From contig CANSOA010000004.1 in assembly GCA_947648495.1 (NCBI GenBank), forward strand, positions 7,948-71,947: a stretch of 64,000 nt of DNA, written 5' to 3'. Positions 10,349 to 21,835 of this stretch are shown piece by piece. The notes beneath the pieces were generated by a model that saw only the letters and a list, made by a program, of their open reading frames with translations, was not told the origin of the DNA and did no database searches. Each line of letters begins with the position of its first letter. Positions within the stretch are counted from its first letter, which is position 1. A program made the position numbers and the translations under genes. Origin of the DNA: an uncultured Clostridium sp. Its GTDB lineage: Bacteria > Bacillota > Clostridia > TANB77 > CAG-508.

Positions 10349-10491
10349 CTATTTTGCGATAAATCTATAAATTGCATAAGTAACCCATATAATCCAAGAG
10401 AATGCCCATATATCAAATATAAGACTTACTGTTAAATACACAATAGCGACTATGATTGCTATTACCAATTCATAATTTTTTTCTTATCCAT
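10349..10491 (-). pseudogene. Small 2-TM membrane protein (about 47 aa) frameshifted in an A7 tract
   Basis: ATG GAT AAG + A-run; one more A gives MDKKKNYELVIAIIVAIVYLTVSLIFDIWAFSWIIWVTYAIYRFIAK*. Confidence 0.5.
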
Positions 10492-10590
10492 AATTACATC
10501 TCACTTTCAAATTGTAAGTTGTTTTGCTAGTAATATCAAAATATTGTAAACAAGTTAAATTTATTAATTATTAATATTTACTGTAATAAC

Positions 10591-11046
10591 TTAATATCTT
10601 TTAAATATATTTTTAATAAAATTTATAAACTTGATAAAAAAACTTTCTTTTACTTCAACTAAACTAGTTTCTTTTTTATTTTCTACAATATCTATATTGG
10701 GTTTTAAAATTTTAGGTTGTTTAAATATATTATCAAGATCATATTTTTCCATTTTTTCTTTTTCTATTATTGACTTATCATAGTTTTGTTTTTCTATGAT
10801 TTTTTTCTTTTGTTCAGGTGTTGCCCAATAATCTCTAAATATATTTACAAATATAGCTTCTGTTTCATCTAAAATGTTCAAATGCGCAAAATCATCTTTT
10901 TCTTTTACATTGAATAAATATGACTTATCCCTTTTGTTTTCAAACATTTCAATCATTTCTGTTGGTATTTTATTAACATCCTCTTTTGGCATATACTTCA
11001 TTATCTCTAATACTTCGGTATATGCTTTTGGATAATTTTCTTTCAT
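10591..11046 (-). CDS. Conserved hypothetical protein (AY.EV.EI...KIP; L..ET.AI...I.RDYW)
   Basis: ORF with ggagg RBS. Confidence 0.7.
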   Translation of the reverse strand: MKENYPKAYTEVLEIMKYMPKEDVNKIPTEMIEMFENKRDKSYLFNVKEKDDFAHLNILDETEAIFVNIFRDYWATPEQKKKIIEKQNYDKSIIEKEKMEKYDLDNIFKQPKILKPNIDIVENKKETSLVEVKESFFIKFINFIKNIFKRY

Positions 11047-11061
11047 ACATCAACCTCCAAC

Positions 11062-12420
11062 TTAATTTTCAGAAATATCCTTTCCTTGTCCATCTTTTTT
11101 TTGTTGCTGTTCTTTTATATCTTTATATACCTGTTCTTGAGCCTCTAAATCCATTTGAGTATCTATGTTTCTACTTCTTAAAAATGATACTTTTCTTTGC
11201 TCAGGAGTTAATGTTATTCCATTTACTTGTTCATGCTCATTATGTTCTGCCTCTTTTTTTACTAATTCATTATTCACTGCATTCATAAGTTCAGTATACT
11301 GATATTCGTCTATCATAAATATACTTCCATTATCAACCAAACCTTCTCCTTGTAATAATTCAGCCATCTTCTCAAAATCCTCATATCTATGTGGTAACTG
11401 TCTGACTAAATCAATCGTATCATATCTTCCAGATTCTAATGGTAGTTTTTTTAGAATTTGAAGTATTTCTTTACAGCCATAATTTGATATTCCTTGTTCG
11501 TTAGTTTCAAATGCTATTTGTAAACATTCTTGCAATTTTTCTTCTTCTTTTTGGTACACCTCTAAGAGTTCTTTACCTGTTTTACATTTTTCTAAGTCAT
11601 TTTTTAGATTTCTTAAAATTGCTTTTGAAATTATATACTCATCAATACTATTTCGATGACATTCTACTTTTCCACTTGCTTCTTTTTCAAAAAAATACAT
11701 ATTCATGATATTAGGAACTATGTCTTGCACTCTGCTAAAAATTAACAATGGATTATTTTTAGTATATATATTGGGTATCTTATCTGAAAATTCCTTATTT
11801 TTAAATGAGTTTGCAACAATTTTATATAGGCTTTCAATTTCAATATCTCTAAAAAAAGCCTTTTCATCTTCCAAAGGATTAATCATATATGCATTATCTC
11901 CAAATGCATCTTCTAAAAAACCGCTTTTTTCTTTATCTGTTCCCCCAAAGAAATATTTTGCTATAACTGAAATATCTTTCTTAGATTCATGTAATCCAGC
12001 CATAATTGTTCTAGTTATAGCAGTTTCATCTTTATATGAATCGTATGTTTCTATATCAATATGCTTATTAAAATCTATAATTAAGTCCTTAAATAATTCA
12101 ACCATTCCTTCTTCTATTACTGGATTGGTATAAATTCCAGTCTTATAGAAATCAAAATTTGATAATGCATGTCCATACTCATGAATCAAAGTTTGAATAT
12201 AATACTTTTTATCTTGTTCATTAGACATTACTATTTTTTCTTCTTCTCGATTATATTCGCCAGCATCATCTATTATATCTTCATCCAAAAGACCATACTC
12301 AATAGTTACTTTTTGAAATACCGTTTTTAATATTTCTTTTTGCCCTGGTGTAAAATCATTCTTTAGTGTTCCCTGAAAAAAATTCATAATCATTTTTTGA
12401 GCTAATTCAACTTCATTCAT
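11062..12420 (-). CDS. Putative zinc metallopeptidase-domain protein
   Basis: TLIHEYGHALS (HExxH) followed by IEEGMVE. Confidence 0.6.
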   Translation of the reverse strand: MNEVELAQKMIMNFFQGTLKNDFTPGQKEILKTVFQKVTIEYGLLDEDIIDDAGEYNREEEKIVMSNEQDKKYYIQTLIHEYGHALSNFDFYKTGIYTNPVIEEGMVELFKDLIIDFNKHIDIETYDSYKDETAITRTIMAGLHESKKDISVIAKYFFGGTDKEKSGFLEDAFGDNAYMINPLEDEKAFFRDIEIESLYKIVANSFKNKEFSDKIPNIYTKNNPLLIFSRVQDIVPNIMNMYFFEKEASGKVECHRNSIDEYIISKAILRNLKNDLEKCKTGKELLEVYQKEEEKLQECLQIAFETNEQGISNYGCKEILQILKKLPLESGRYDTIDLVRQLPHRYEDFEKMAELLQGEGLVDNGSIFMIDEYQYTELMNAVNNELVKKEAEHNEHEQVNGITLTPEQRKVSFLRSRNIDTQMDLEAQEQVYKDIKEQQQKKDGQGKDISEN

Positions 12421-12722
12421 TGTTTAAATCCCCTCATTTCTATAATCATTCTTTATATGATTTTTTAATATAATATAGATATATTTTATCATTTCCTCTT
12501 TAAAAAACCAAACATATTTATTACTATTTATCTTTCAGTTAATATATTATCACAAAAATAAACTTTCATCAACCCATCAATTTTTATAATAAAATAAGCG
12601 ACTAGCCTATTTACTGATAATCACATTAAAAATCTTTAACTATAATAACTCAAGCTTATATATTTCACAAGCCGTAATTAGAAAATTTCATAATTTTATT
12701 AAGTCTCTATTTTTCTACCAAA

Positions 12723-13193
12723 TCAATTATCTTTCTTTTTAATTGATTCATTAACCTTTTTTCTTCTCTCTCTATGAATTTCGTCCCAATGATCTATATA
12801 ATAAAATAATTCTTCTAACTCGTCTTTTGTTAGTTTATAGTTTGGTTCTGATATTCCAAACAAGATTTCATTTTCATATTCATCATAGGTTAAGTCATCT
12901 AAAATCTTTTCTACTTTTTTGATAATTCTCTTTAATTTACTTTCCTTTTCAATTCTCTTTAAATATGTTAATTCTTGCTTTATCAGCTCTCTAGCGCTTG
13001 CTAATTCATAGAGTTCAATCAAATCCCTTAATTTTTTCAGTATTTTTAGCATTTTACAATCTTCTGACTGTTTTATATATAAATCAACTTTCTCTAGCCC
13101 AAGATTTCTCCAGTTTTCATTAACAAATACATCAGCTATAGTTTCTCTTATGTCCTCTAACATAGCAATTTCTTTTTGATTTTCCATTTTCAT
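12723..13193 (-). CDS. Hypothetical protein
   Basis: 156-aa ORF with ggag RBS. Confidence 0.6.
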   Translation of the reverse strand: MKMENQKEIAMLEDIRETIADVFVNENWRNLGLEKVDLYIKQSEDCKMLKILKKLRDLIELYELASARELIKQELTYLKRIEKESKLKRIIKKVEKILDDLTYDEYENEILFGISEPNYKLTKDELEELFYYIDHWDEIHRERRKKVNESIKKKDN

Positions 13194-13312
13194 TTATCTC
13201 CAAAAAATTTGCTTGTTACACAAATTTGAGGCTAAACTTCCGATATAATAGTATGTTAAAACCTTTTTGGACATAATACAATAGTAGTAAGTTAAAGTCG
13301 TATCAAAAAGGG

Positions 13313-13579
13313 GTGGTGGCAATCGTTGTTACAAAAACAAGAAAAATAATAGCAAATAATATAGTCTATTTTAGGATGCAAAAAAACTGGTCACAAGAAC
13401 ATTTCGCCGAACTTTTAGGGACAAGTTCTGGCTACGTTTCCGAAATGGAGAACGAAAAAAGAAATATTTCAAGTGATTATATAGACCATATAGCAAATAT
13501 TTTCCAAATTGAGCCACATGAATTATTAATCAATCGTTTACCTGTTGATAATAGACGAATAGCTAGACGTAAGGGATAA
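13313..13579 (+). CDS. XRE-family HTH regulator
   Basis: NI..FR....WSQE.FAELLG.S..YVS.MEN..RN.S. Confidence 0.8.
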   Translation: MVAIVVTKTRKIIANNIVYFRMQKNWSQEHFAELLGTSSGYVSEMENEKRNISSDYIDHIANIFQIEPHELLINRLPVDNRRIARRKG

Positions 13580-13733
13580 CTGGTACTTATCTCTTACTTT
13601 TTATATAACAAGCAATTGTATTCTATCATAGTATATAGAATTTGTGAATATATATTTTGAATATTTATTCCGAACGAATAAACGGCTCTTAAATATTCCG
13701 CCTAAATGCTAAAATATTTTTAGAGGTGAAATT

Positions 13734-13979
13734 ATGGATAGTATTATTGTTTATAAAGATTATGGAGATATAAAATTTGATATTAAAACAATTATGGATA
13801 AAAAAGGAATCACGATAAATCAAATCGTGAAAAAAACTGGATTACATCATCAAGTAATTAGACGATATTATGAGGGAACTGCTGTCAGATATGATAAAGA
13901 TGTTTTATCTAAATTATGCTTTGTTATTGGCTGTGAGCTTAATGATATTATGTATTATCAAAAACCAGAAAATAAATAA
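13734..13979 (+). CDS. Cro/C1-type (HTH_26) regulator
   Basis: MDKKGITINQ..K.TGL....I.RYY, L.KLC.V..C.L.DI. Confidence 0.8.
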   Translation: MDSIIVYKDYGDIKFDIKTIMDKKGITINQIVKKTGLHHQVIRRYYEGTAVRYDKDVLSKLCFVIGCELNDIMYYQKPENK

Positions 13980-13980
13980 T

Positions 13981-14015
13981 AATGATAGCCTAGAGAAAAT
14001 TTCTAGGCTATCATT
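13981..14015. terminator. Bidirectional terminator
   Basis: aatgatagcctaga..tctaggctatcatt perfect inverted repeat between convergent genes. Confidence 0.75.
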
Positions 14016-14021
14016 AGCTTT

Positions 14022-14411
14022 TTACACATAAATCAATTCTTTATAAACAATTTCTTCTGCTTGAGCCTTAATAGAGTTCATAGCACCTATCCAATAAAGC
14101 ATATCAGTATTTTTCATATCTTCAGTCAAATTGCTCTTTTCTTTTAGTTCGTTAATTATTTGTTCTATTCTAGTCTGTGCTGTTTCCTGTACTTCCTTCA
14201 AATGTGTATTTAATGTTCCGTCCATAAGCATTATAGTATATTCCGCTTTTTTGTGTTCTTTCAAATACTTTAATCTCATTCTTCCATACTTATTTAAAAC
14301 AATTTTTTCTTGTTTAGGCATTGCTAGGTTCGGTATATAATAATCTCCCTCTAAATGATATTCAATACCTGTTTTTTCATCAATTTTTGTTTTTGGTAAT
14401 TCATTATTCAT
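14022..14411 (-). CDS. tnpV: TnpV family protein (second, divergent copy)
   Basis: TGIEY.L.GDYYIPNL, KYGRMRL.YLKEH, MN.IK.QAEEIV. Confidence 0.85.
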   Translation of the reverse strand: MNNELPKTKIDEKTGIEYHLEGDYYIPNLAMPKQEKIVLNKYGRMRLKYLKEHKKAEYTIMLMDGTLNTHLKEVQETAQTRIEQIINELKEKSNLTEDMKNTDMLYWIGAMNSIKAQAEEIVYKELIYV

Positions 14412-14426
14412 AGTTTTTTCCTCCTC

Positions 14427-15836
14427 CTAATTCAAATTATAATCATTTTTCTTTTTATTCTTATTTATTTTGTTTTCGTCTGGAATAGTTACTTTTCTAT
14501 AAATATTATTGGCAATTTCGTTATCATTGCTATCAAATATGCCATTTTTATATAAATCATCACTTACAATCTTATAGTTATTATCCTTATCATAGCAAAT
14601 TCTTTTGTGAAAATGGCTCATAATACTATGCCAAAAGCCTTTGAATTTCTGTAATTCTTGTTTTAGTTTTTCCTTTTCAGACTGTAACTTGCCTATAACT
14701 TTATCTTTAAGTGACAATTCTCTTTTTAAATTACTTATCTCATCGTCTTTTTCTTCTAACTGATAATTTAAATTATGAATAGTCCAATTCAAATCATTTA
14801 CTTGATTTTTATGATTTTGTAAGTCCTTTTCAACCTCTTTAATTACCTCATTTAATTCTTCAACACTTTTAAGAGATTTTGCTGTTTCTAATACATTTTC
14901 GCCATATTTTCTTATTCTTTCAACACTTTCATTTGAAATAAGATTATTGTTTTTGTTTAATCTGCTAGGCTTCAATTCATTCAATATATCATTGATTTTT
15001 TTCGTTTCTTTCCCTAAATTATCTATCTTTTTATTAGCATCAACAAACCTTTGCTTTTTGTCTTTTTCTTGCAATTTTAGTCTTCTATAATTCTTCATTT
15101 CACTAACTTTTATATCAACATTTCTACCTTGCCCTTTCTCTTTTAGCTTGTAATCTATATCATAAAATTTGTTAAAAGATTTGATACAAGCCACTCTCAT
15201 TTTATCTTGAATTCTGGTCAAAGTTTCCTTTGTAAATAACTTAGATTTGCCAACTTTTTTCTTCATTCCACGACTACAATTTTCAATTACAGGTACACCA
15301 ACTAGGTGCATATGTGGAGAGGTTTCATCAAAATGAATGGTTGCATTTGCTATCTTAAATGTAGGCAAAATTGAGTTTAAATCTGTAATTTGTTCTTCAA
15401 ATACGTCTACCATTTTCATTCTATAATCTTGATCTTTATCATTCCAAAACTCCATATCTCCAAGCTCAATTATTATTTCACAAGCAATATCATTTTGAGA
15501 TAGACATACTTTTTCAAAGTAATTTTCTATCTTCCTATCATTTCTAGTTTGTTTATTATTATATTCAATTCGTGCTTCTTCAAACTCAATTAGATACAAA
15601 TTTTGAACATCTTTTACAATATCATTTGTACCTAAAATTGTTTTAATTAGTTCCTTTTTATTATCATAATCTCGCAAATTATGTTTATTAACATCGGACA
15701 AATTTTTTGCATTTTGGATAGCATTATTTGCCAAAGAAGTAGTACCAGATACATTATCTTTTGCAACTTTTTTAGCAATTTTACTCTTGTTTTTATCACT
15801 ACCTAAGTGGAAAGAATAAGACAATTCTTGCCCCAT
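14427..15836 (-). CDS. MobV / Pre plasmid recombination-family relaxase
   Basis: KHNLR and ATIHFDETSPHMH motifs, C-terminal coiled coil; start set at MGQELS after aggagg. Confidence 0.8.
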   Translation of the reverse strand: MGQELSYSFHLGSDKNKSKIAKKVAKDNVSGTTSLANNAIQNAKNLSDVNKHNLRDYDNKKELIKTILGTNDIVKDVQNLYLIEFEEARIEYNNKQTRNDRKIENYFEKVCLSQNDIACEIIIELGDMEFWNDKDQDYRMKMVDVFEEQITDLNSILPTFKIANATIHFDETSPHMHLVGVPVIENCSRGMKKKVGKSKLFTKETLTRIQDKMRVACIKSFNKFYDIDYKLKEKGQGRNVDIKVSEMKNYRRLKLQEKDKKQRFVDANKKIDNLGKETKKINDILNELKPSRLNKNNNLISNESVERIRKYGENVLETAKSLKSVEELNEVIKEVEKDLQNHKNQVNDLNWTIHNLNYQLEEKDDEISNLKRELSLKDKVIGKLQSEKEKLKQELQKFKGFWHSIMSHFHKRICYDKDNNYKIVSDDLYKNGIFDSNDNEIANNIYRKVTIPDENKINKNKKKNDYNLN

Positions 15837-15895
15837 AAAAATACCTCCTTTGACTAATCTTCGAAGCAAAGGACTTTGACCTTGTCATAAGTCCT

Positions 15896-15940
15896 AACCC
15901 CCTATGAGTTTTGACATTGTATATCAAAACTCGGGGGCTC
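15896..15940. other. Putative oriT of element 2
   Basis: ccccc..gagttttga-cattgtata-tcaaaactc-ggggg inverted repeat just upstream of mobV. Confidence 0.45.
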
Positions 15941-16034
15941 TGCGAGGCAATAAAATTTATTTTGGGCAAATAAATTTTATTCAAATTAACTATCCCACTT
16001 TCATTTTTATTTCATAAAAACAAAACGTGCCACG

Positions 16035-17964
<1,930 letters not shown>

Positions 17965-18167
17965 TTTTTAAACCTCCTTATAAAACAAAAAGAGATATCA
18001 AAGTACACGAGTACTATTGACATCTCTTAAATCCATTTATCATAAACTAAAATATAATATAATTTTTTCAAAGTACTCTTAAATCTATATCTGCTCTTAC
18101 CTAGTAAATATAGATAATCAATTGCCTATATTATATCACGATTTTAAGAAATGTCAAATATTTACAA

Positions 18168-18440
18168 TTATAATTTTTTCAAATATTCTTCTAATTCTGA
18201 TAATTTAATCTTTTGAGTTAAATTTGAAATATACACATCATTAGAATAATTGAAAACTAAAAAAGTAATATTTTTGATAATCACTCTATGTGGCTCAATA
18301 TATGTAAGATTAGTTCTCTCTAACTTTCTAATACTACCATTTATAAAAGTTGGAGTAACTTTAGAAAACTCACATATAAATTCAAGTCGTTGTTTTAGAC
18401 ATTCCTCAAATTCTAGTTCTTGCTTAATTATCTTAACCAT
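18168..18440 (-). CDS. Hypothetical protein
   Basis: ATG at 18440 after aggagg RBS. Confidence 0.65.
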   Translation of the reverse strand: MVKIIKQELEFEECLKQRLEFICEFSKVTPTFINGSIRKLERTNLTYIEPHRVIIKNITFLVFNYSNDVYISNLTQKIKLSELEEYLKKL

Positions 18441-18544
18441 AAAAATAATCCTCCTTTCCGTTGGAAGATTTTTTCGCAAACAAAAAAATCAACCATTTCT
18501 GATTGATTTTCATAACATCTATTCGGTTCGAATAGATTCGTCAT

Positions 18545-18619
18545 TGGCTGGGCTGGTGGGATTCGAACACACGCATGCCAGAGTCAAAGTCTGGTGCCTT
18601 ACCGCTTGGCTACAGCCCA
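18545..18619 (-). tRNA. tRNA-Gln (UUG)
   Basis: TGGGCTG/CAGCCCA acceptor stem, CCAGA-CTTTGAC-TCTGG anticodon arm, TTCGAAT, CCA end. Confidence 0.92.
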
Positions 18620-18710
18620 ATATTTAAATTTCTTATAAGACAAACGCTATTAACTAACTGTAAACTCCTTTGTTGTTAACATTTAGTAAAGCTACCGTCC
18701 AATATATTAA

Positions 18711-18788
18711 TGGGGTGGAAGATGGGACTCGAACCCACGATCTCCAGTGCCACAAACTGGCGCGTTAACCAGCTACGCCACATCCACC
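18711..18788 (-). tRNA. tRNA-His (GUG)
   Basis: CCAGT-TTGTGGC-ACTGG anticodon arm, G-1, GGTTCGAGTCC, CCA end. Confidence 0.92.
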
Positions 18789-18912
18789 ATTATTATCTGC
18801 ATTTTTACCGAGTGCTATTCTATTTTAAAACATTATTTGGAATTTGTCAATATTTTTTTTAGAATTTCTATTTATTTTTGATAACACTCACCTTTAAAAA
18901 TGCAAATTTCTT

Positions 18913-20319
18913 TTACATTTGACTCATCAAAGTAAAAATAAATGTATGAAAATACTGTAAAATCGCTAATATACTAATCAATGTTGCTAAATTTGCTCTT
19001 GTTTTTTCTTGTGCTTTGTCGGTCTCCTTCATAAACTCTTGCCAAATTAAGATGCTCACAATCACAAGCGAAATCTCAAAAAATAGAAAAGTACGATCTG
19101 TTGAGGCAAAAACTGTTGGCGAAAATCCTAACGCAACTCGTGACATAAGCCCCAAAACATACACTACAATTGCAACATTATTTTGCAAATTTTTAAAAAT
19201 CAACAAAATATTAAGTGCTACACTTCCCAATACCACAAAAGCCAACAATAATGGTATAAAGTTAATAAAATCCAAATAATTTTCTGGTGTTAACATGACT
19301 TGTTCCGCATTTAATGTCTCACAAAATATAGCAAAATATGGATACACTCTACATACAACATCTTTTAATAAACCAAATATCAAACAAGCCACCAATGGTA
19401 TGAATGCAATTGCTCGATACAAACCATTCTTATATTTTTTTATAATATACACCGCTGAAATCAACGAAAATACAAAAAAGACAATATTCGTATTTACCAA
19501 TAAATGATTAACCGTAGATGTTAAACCTAATGAGATTTTATCCAACAATCCTAATGTTTCAAAATTCATATAATACGTTGTAATTTCTTCTGTTTTTCTT
19601 GCATAATTTCCAGGACAAGTTACAATTACCAACAAACTTACAACAACCAAAAAACATTGTACTAGCAAAAATGGATGGACTTTTTTCTTGTCTCTTAGGA
19701 TTAACAAAAATGTAAATATAAAATAAGCGCCACCTGCTATCACACACGATTGTTCTTGATTACAAGCAAAAATTAAAGCAAGTGAATACATTACATACTT
19801 ATATTTTGCAATTTTTTCTCTTCTAAAAATTTGGACAATTGGAATAAAACTAAATAATAGCATCGCTAACGGCCAAGTATAATTGATAGTTCCTGCTCCC
19901 CAATCACAAGTTGCAATTTTGTTCAAAGGATAAATCAATAGCAAACACATGGCTGTCCAAATTAGACTTTTATCATCTTCTTTAATAAATAACTTGATAA
20001 TTGAATAGGCAAGAATCGTCATCATAAACGCATTAATGATTGCCCATATAATCCCATTTTGTGGTAAAATTAAGCAAATTAGAGTTTCCAAAATAACTCT
20101 TGATGTCCAAGTTTGATATCTCATGCTAATAAAATCTTGAATCGAAATTTCTTGCATTTTTTCGATAAAAAATGCAGAATCGTATTGATTAGGAGTAATC
20201 CAAATACTCATAAAAAATTCCAACAAAAAAATAACCACAATAGCTACCCTGCCATTACTTTTAAAAAAACCTTTGATTTTTTCTAACACATTTCCTATTT
20301 TCGTCATATTCTCTTCCAC
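18913..20319 (-). CDS. Polytopic membrane protein (DUF6056-like, GT-C-like)
   Basis: RY.TWTSR, NY.WP, FACNQEQ, CPGNY.R and FSPT..AS..RT motifs. Confidence 0.65.
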   Translation of the reverse strand: MEENMTKIGNVLEKIKGFFKSNGRVAIVVIFLLEFFMSIWITPNQYDSAFFIEKMQEISIQDFISMRYQTWTSRVILETLICLILPQNGIIWAIINAFMMTILAYSIIKLFIKEDDKSLIWTAMCLLLIYPLNKIATCDWGAGTINYTWPLAMLLFSFIPIVQIFRREKIAKYKYVMYSLALIFACNQEQSCVIAGGAYFIFTFLLILRDKKKVHPFLLVQCFLVVVSLLVIVTCPGNYARKTEEITTYYMNFETLGLLDKISLGLTSTVNHLLVNTNIVFFVFSLISAVYIIKKYKNGLYRAIAFIPLVACLIFGLLKDVVCRVYPYFAIFCETLNAEQVMLTPENYLDFINFIPLLLAFVVLGSVALNILLIFKNLQNNVAIVVYVLGLMSRVALGFSPTVFASTDRTFLFFEISLVIVSILIWQEFMKETDKAQEKTRANLATLISILAILQYFHTFIFTLMSQM

Positions 20320-20327
20320 CTTTACTT

Positions 20328-20825
20328 CTACAAATCGACTTCAACACCAGTATCTACTAGCAAATTTTCATTATCATTTTGGTATAAAATATACAAATCA
20401 TACATTCCATTTTTCAAACCTAAAATAATACTTTGTGCTTGAATTCCACAATTCAAACATTCATGTCCATCTACAAATTGAAGCTCTGGCATCATTTTCA
20501 TGCCTGCCTTGATTTGATACATTTTTTCTGTTTGCCTATTTTTCAAAACAAACGAACTTTTAAACGTTTTCACATCTTGTCCTTGTTTATATGCCCAACC
20601 AGATAGTTCCAATCTAAGACTTCCTCTATACAAATGATTAACCCCATTTTTTACGATGCCCTCTGTGTCAAGCACAGTATTTTTATCCATATGATAAATT
20701 CTTGGAACCGCAAATGATAAAAAAGTAATCAACAAATAAACCGCAACAACTGCAATTCCAATAATTAATAACCTTCTATAAATTTTCTCATCGATTTTAA
20801 TATTTAACCAATCTATTTTTCTCAA
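20328..20825 (-). CDS. Membrane-anchored hypothetical protein
   Basis: N-terminal TM segment, L.GWAY motif. Confidence 0.65.
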   Translation of the reverse strand: MRKIDWLNIKIDEKIYRRLLIIGIAVVAVYLLITFLSFAVPRIYHMDKNTVLDTEGIVKNGVNHLYRGSLRLELSGWAYKQGQDVKTFKSSFVLKNRQTEKMYQIKAGMKMMPELQFVDGHECLNCGIQAQSIILGLKNGMYDLYILYQNDNENLLVDTGVEVDL

Positions 20826-20986
20826 CTCCTTCTTTTGTCATATTTTACCACATCTTATTGCAATTTTCAAGACCAATCCAAAAATCACAAAAAATTCTCC
20901 CCACTCTCACACAGCTTCCCAAAAAAGCCTATAATATTTTCATAAAAAAACGAGAGCGATTCATTATCGCCCCATCCATAAAACAA

Positions 20987-21802
20987 TTACATCATCTCAA
21001 TATTTCCTTCAAATACAAATTCAGCAGGACCTTTCAATCTGATAGTATGATTGAATTTATCATAAAAAGTCTGCAACTTTCCACCTCTTAAATCTACTGT
21101 TACCTCTGAATCAGTGTATTTCTCATAAATTGCAATCATGCTACCAGCACATGCTCCAGTCCCACAGCTGTTAGTTTCTCCAACACCTCTTTCCCAGACT
21201 CTTAATTTTATATTTTTCCTATCCACAATCTCAACAAATTCTACATTCGTCTTATTCGGAAAATATTTATAATTTTCCAAAATCGGTCCAATTTTACTAA
21301 CTTCAAAGTCATCTAAATTGTTCACAAAACAAACCGCATGCGGATTTCCCATCGAAATTGGATAAACTTGATATTGCTTTTCCTCAATTTCAATAATATA
21401 CTTCAAGTGATCCAGATCGGCTTCTCCCATATTTACTGTAACAGAAATAACCTTTTTATTCTCCAATTCCAACTCGACCTTTTTTACACCAGAATCTGTT
21501 TCAATCAAAAATTCTGTTTTATCTATTTTTTCCTTCTCAAATACATATTTCGCAAAACAGCGAATTCCATTTCCGCACATTTGAGCTTCTGTTCCATCTT
21601 GATTAAAAATCCTCATTTTAAAATCAGCCACATCACTTTTTTCAATTAAAATCACACCATCTGCTCCAACACCATAATGTCTATCACATAAATACTGACT
21701 AAGCACTGGCAAACTATATGAAAATTCATTTTCCATACAATCAATCATTACAAAATCATTTCCTGTACCTTGCATTTTACAAAAAGAAAACATACCCTTC
21801 AC
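20987..21802 (-). CDS. dapF: Diaminopimelate epimerase
   Basis: KMQGTGNDF, MCGNGIRC, GNPHAV, ERGVGET..CGTG. Confidence 0.95.
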   Translation of the reverse strand: MKGMFSFCKMQGTGNDFVMIDCMENEFSYSLPVLSQYLCDRHYGVGADGVILIEKSDVADFKMRIFNQDGTEAQMCGNGIRCFAKYVFEKEKIDKTEFLIETDSGVKKVELELENKKVISVTVNMGEADLDHLKYIIEIEEKQYQVYPISMGNPHAVCFVNNLDDFEVSKIGPILENYKYFPNKTNVEFVEIVDRKNIKLRVWERGVGETNSCGTGACAGSMIAIYEKYTDSEVTVDLRGGKLQTFYDKFNHTIRLKGPAEFVFEGNIEMM

Positions 21803-21835
21803 CTCTTCGGTAAATTGTATGTTTTCTAAAACAAT

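Noticed and set aside
18250-18627. 125-aa plus-strand ORF
   Set aside because: Overlaps tRNA-Gln and the minus-strand gene; no RBS or recognisable motif.
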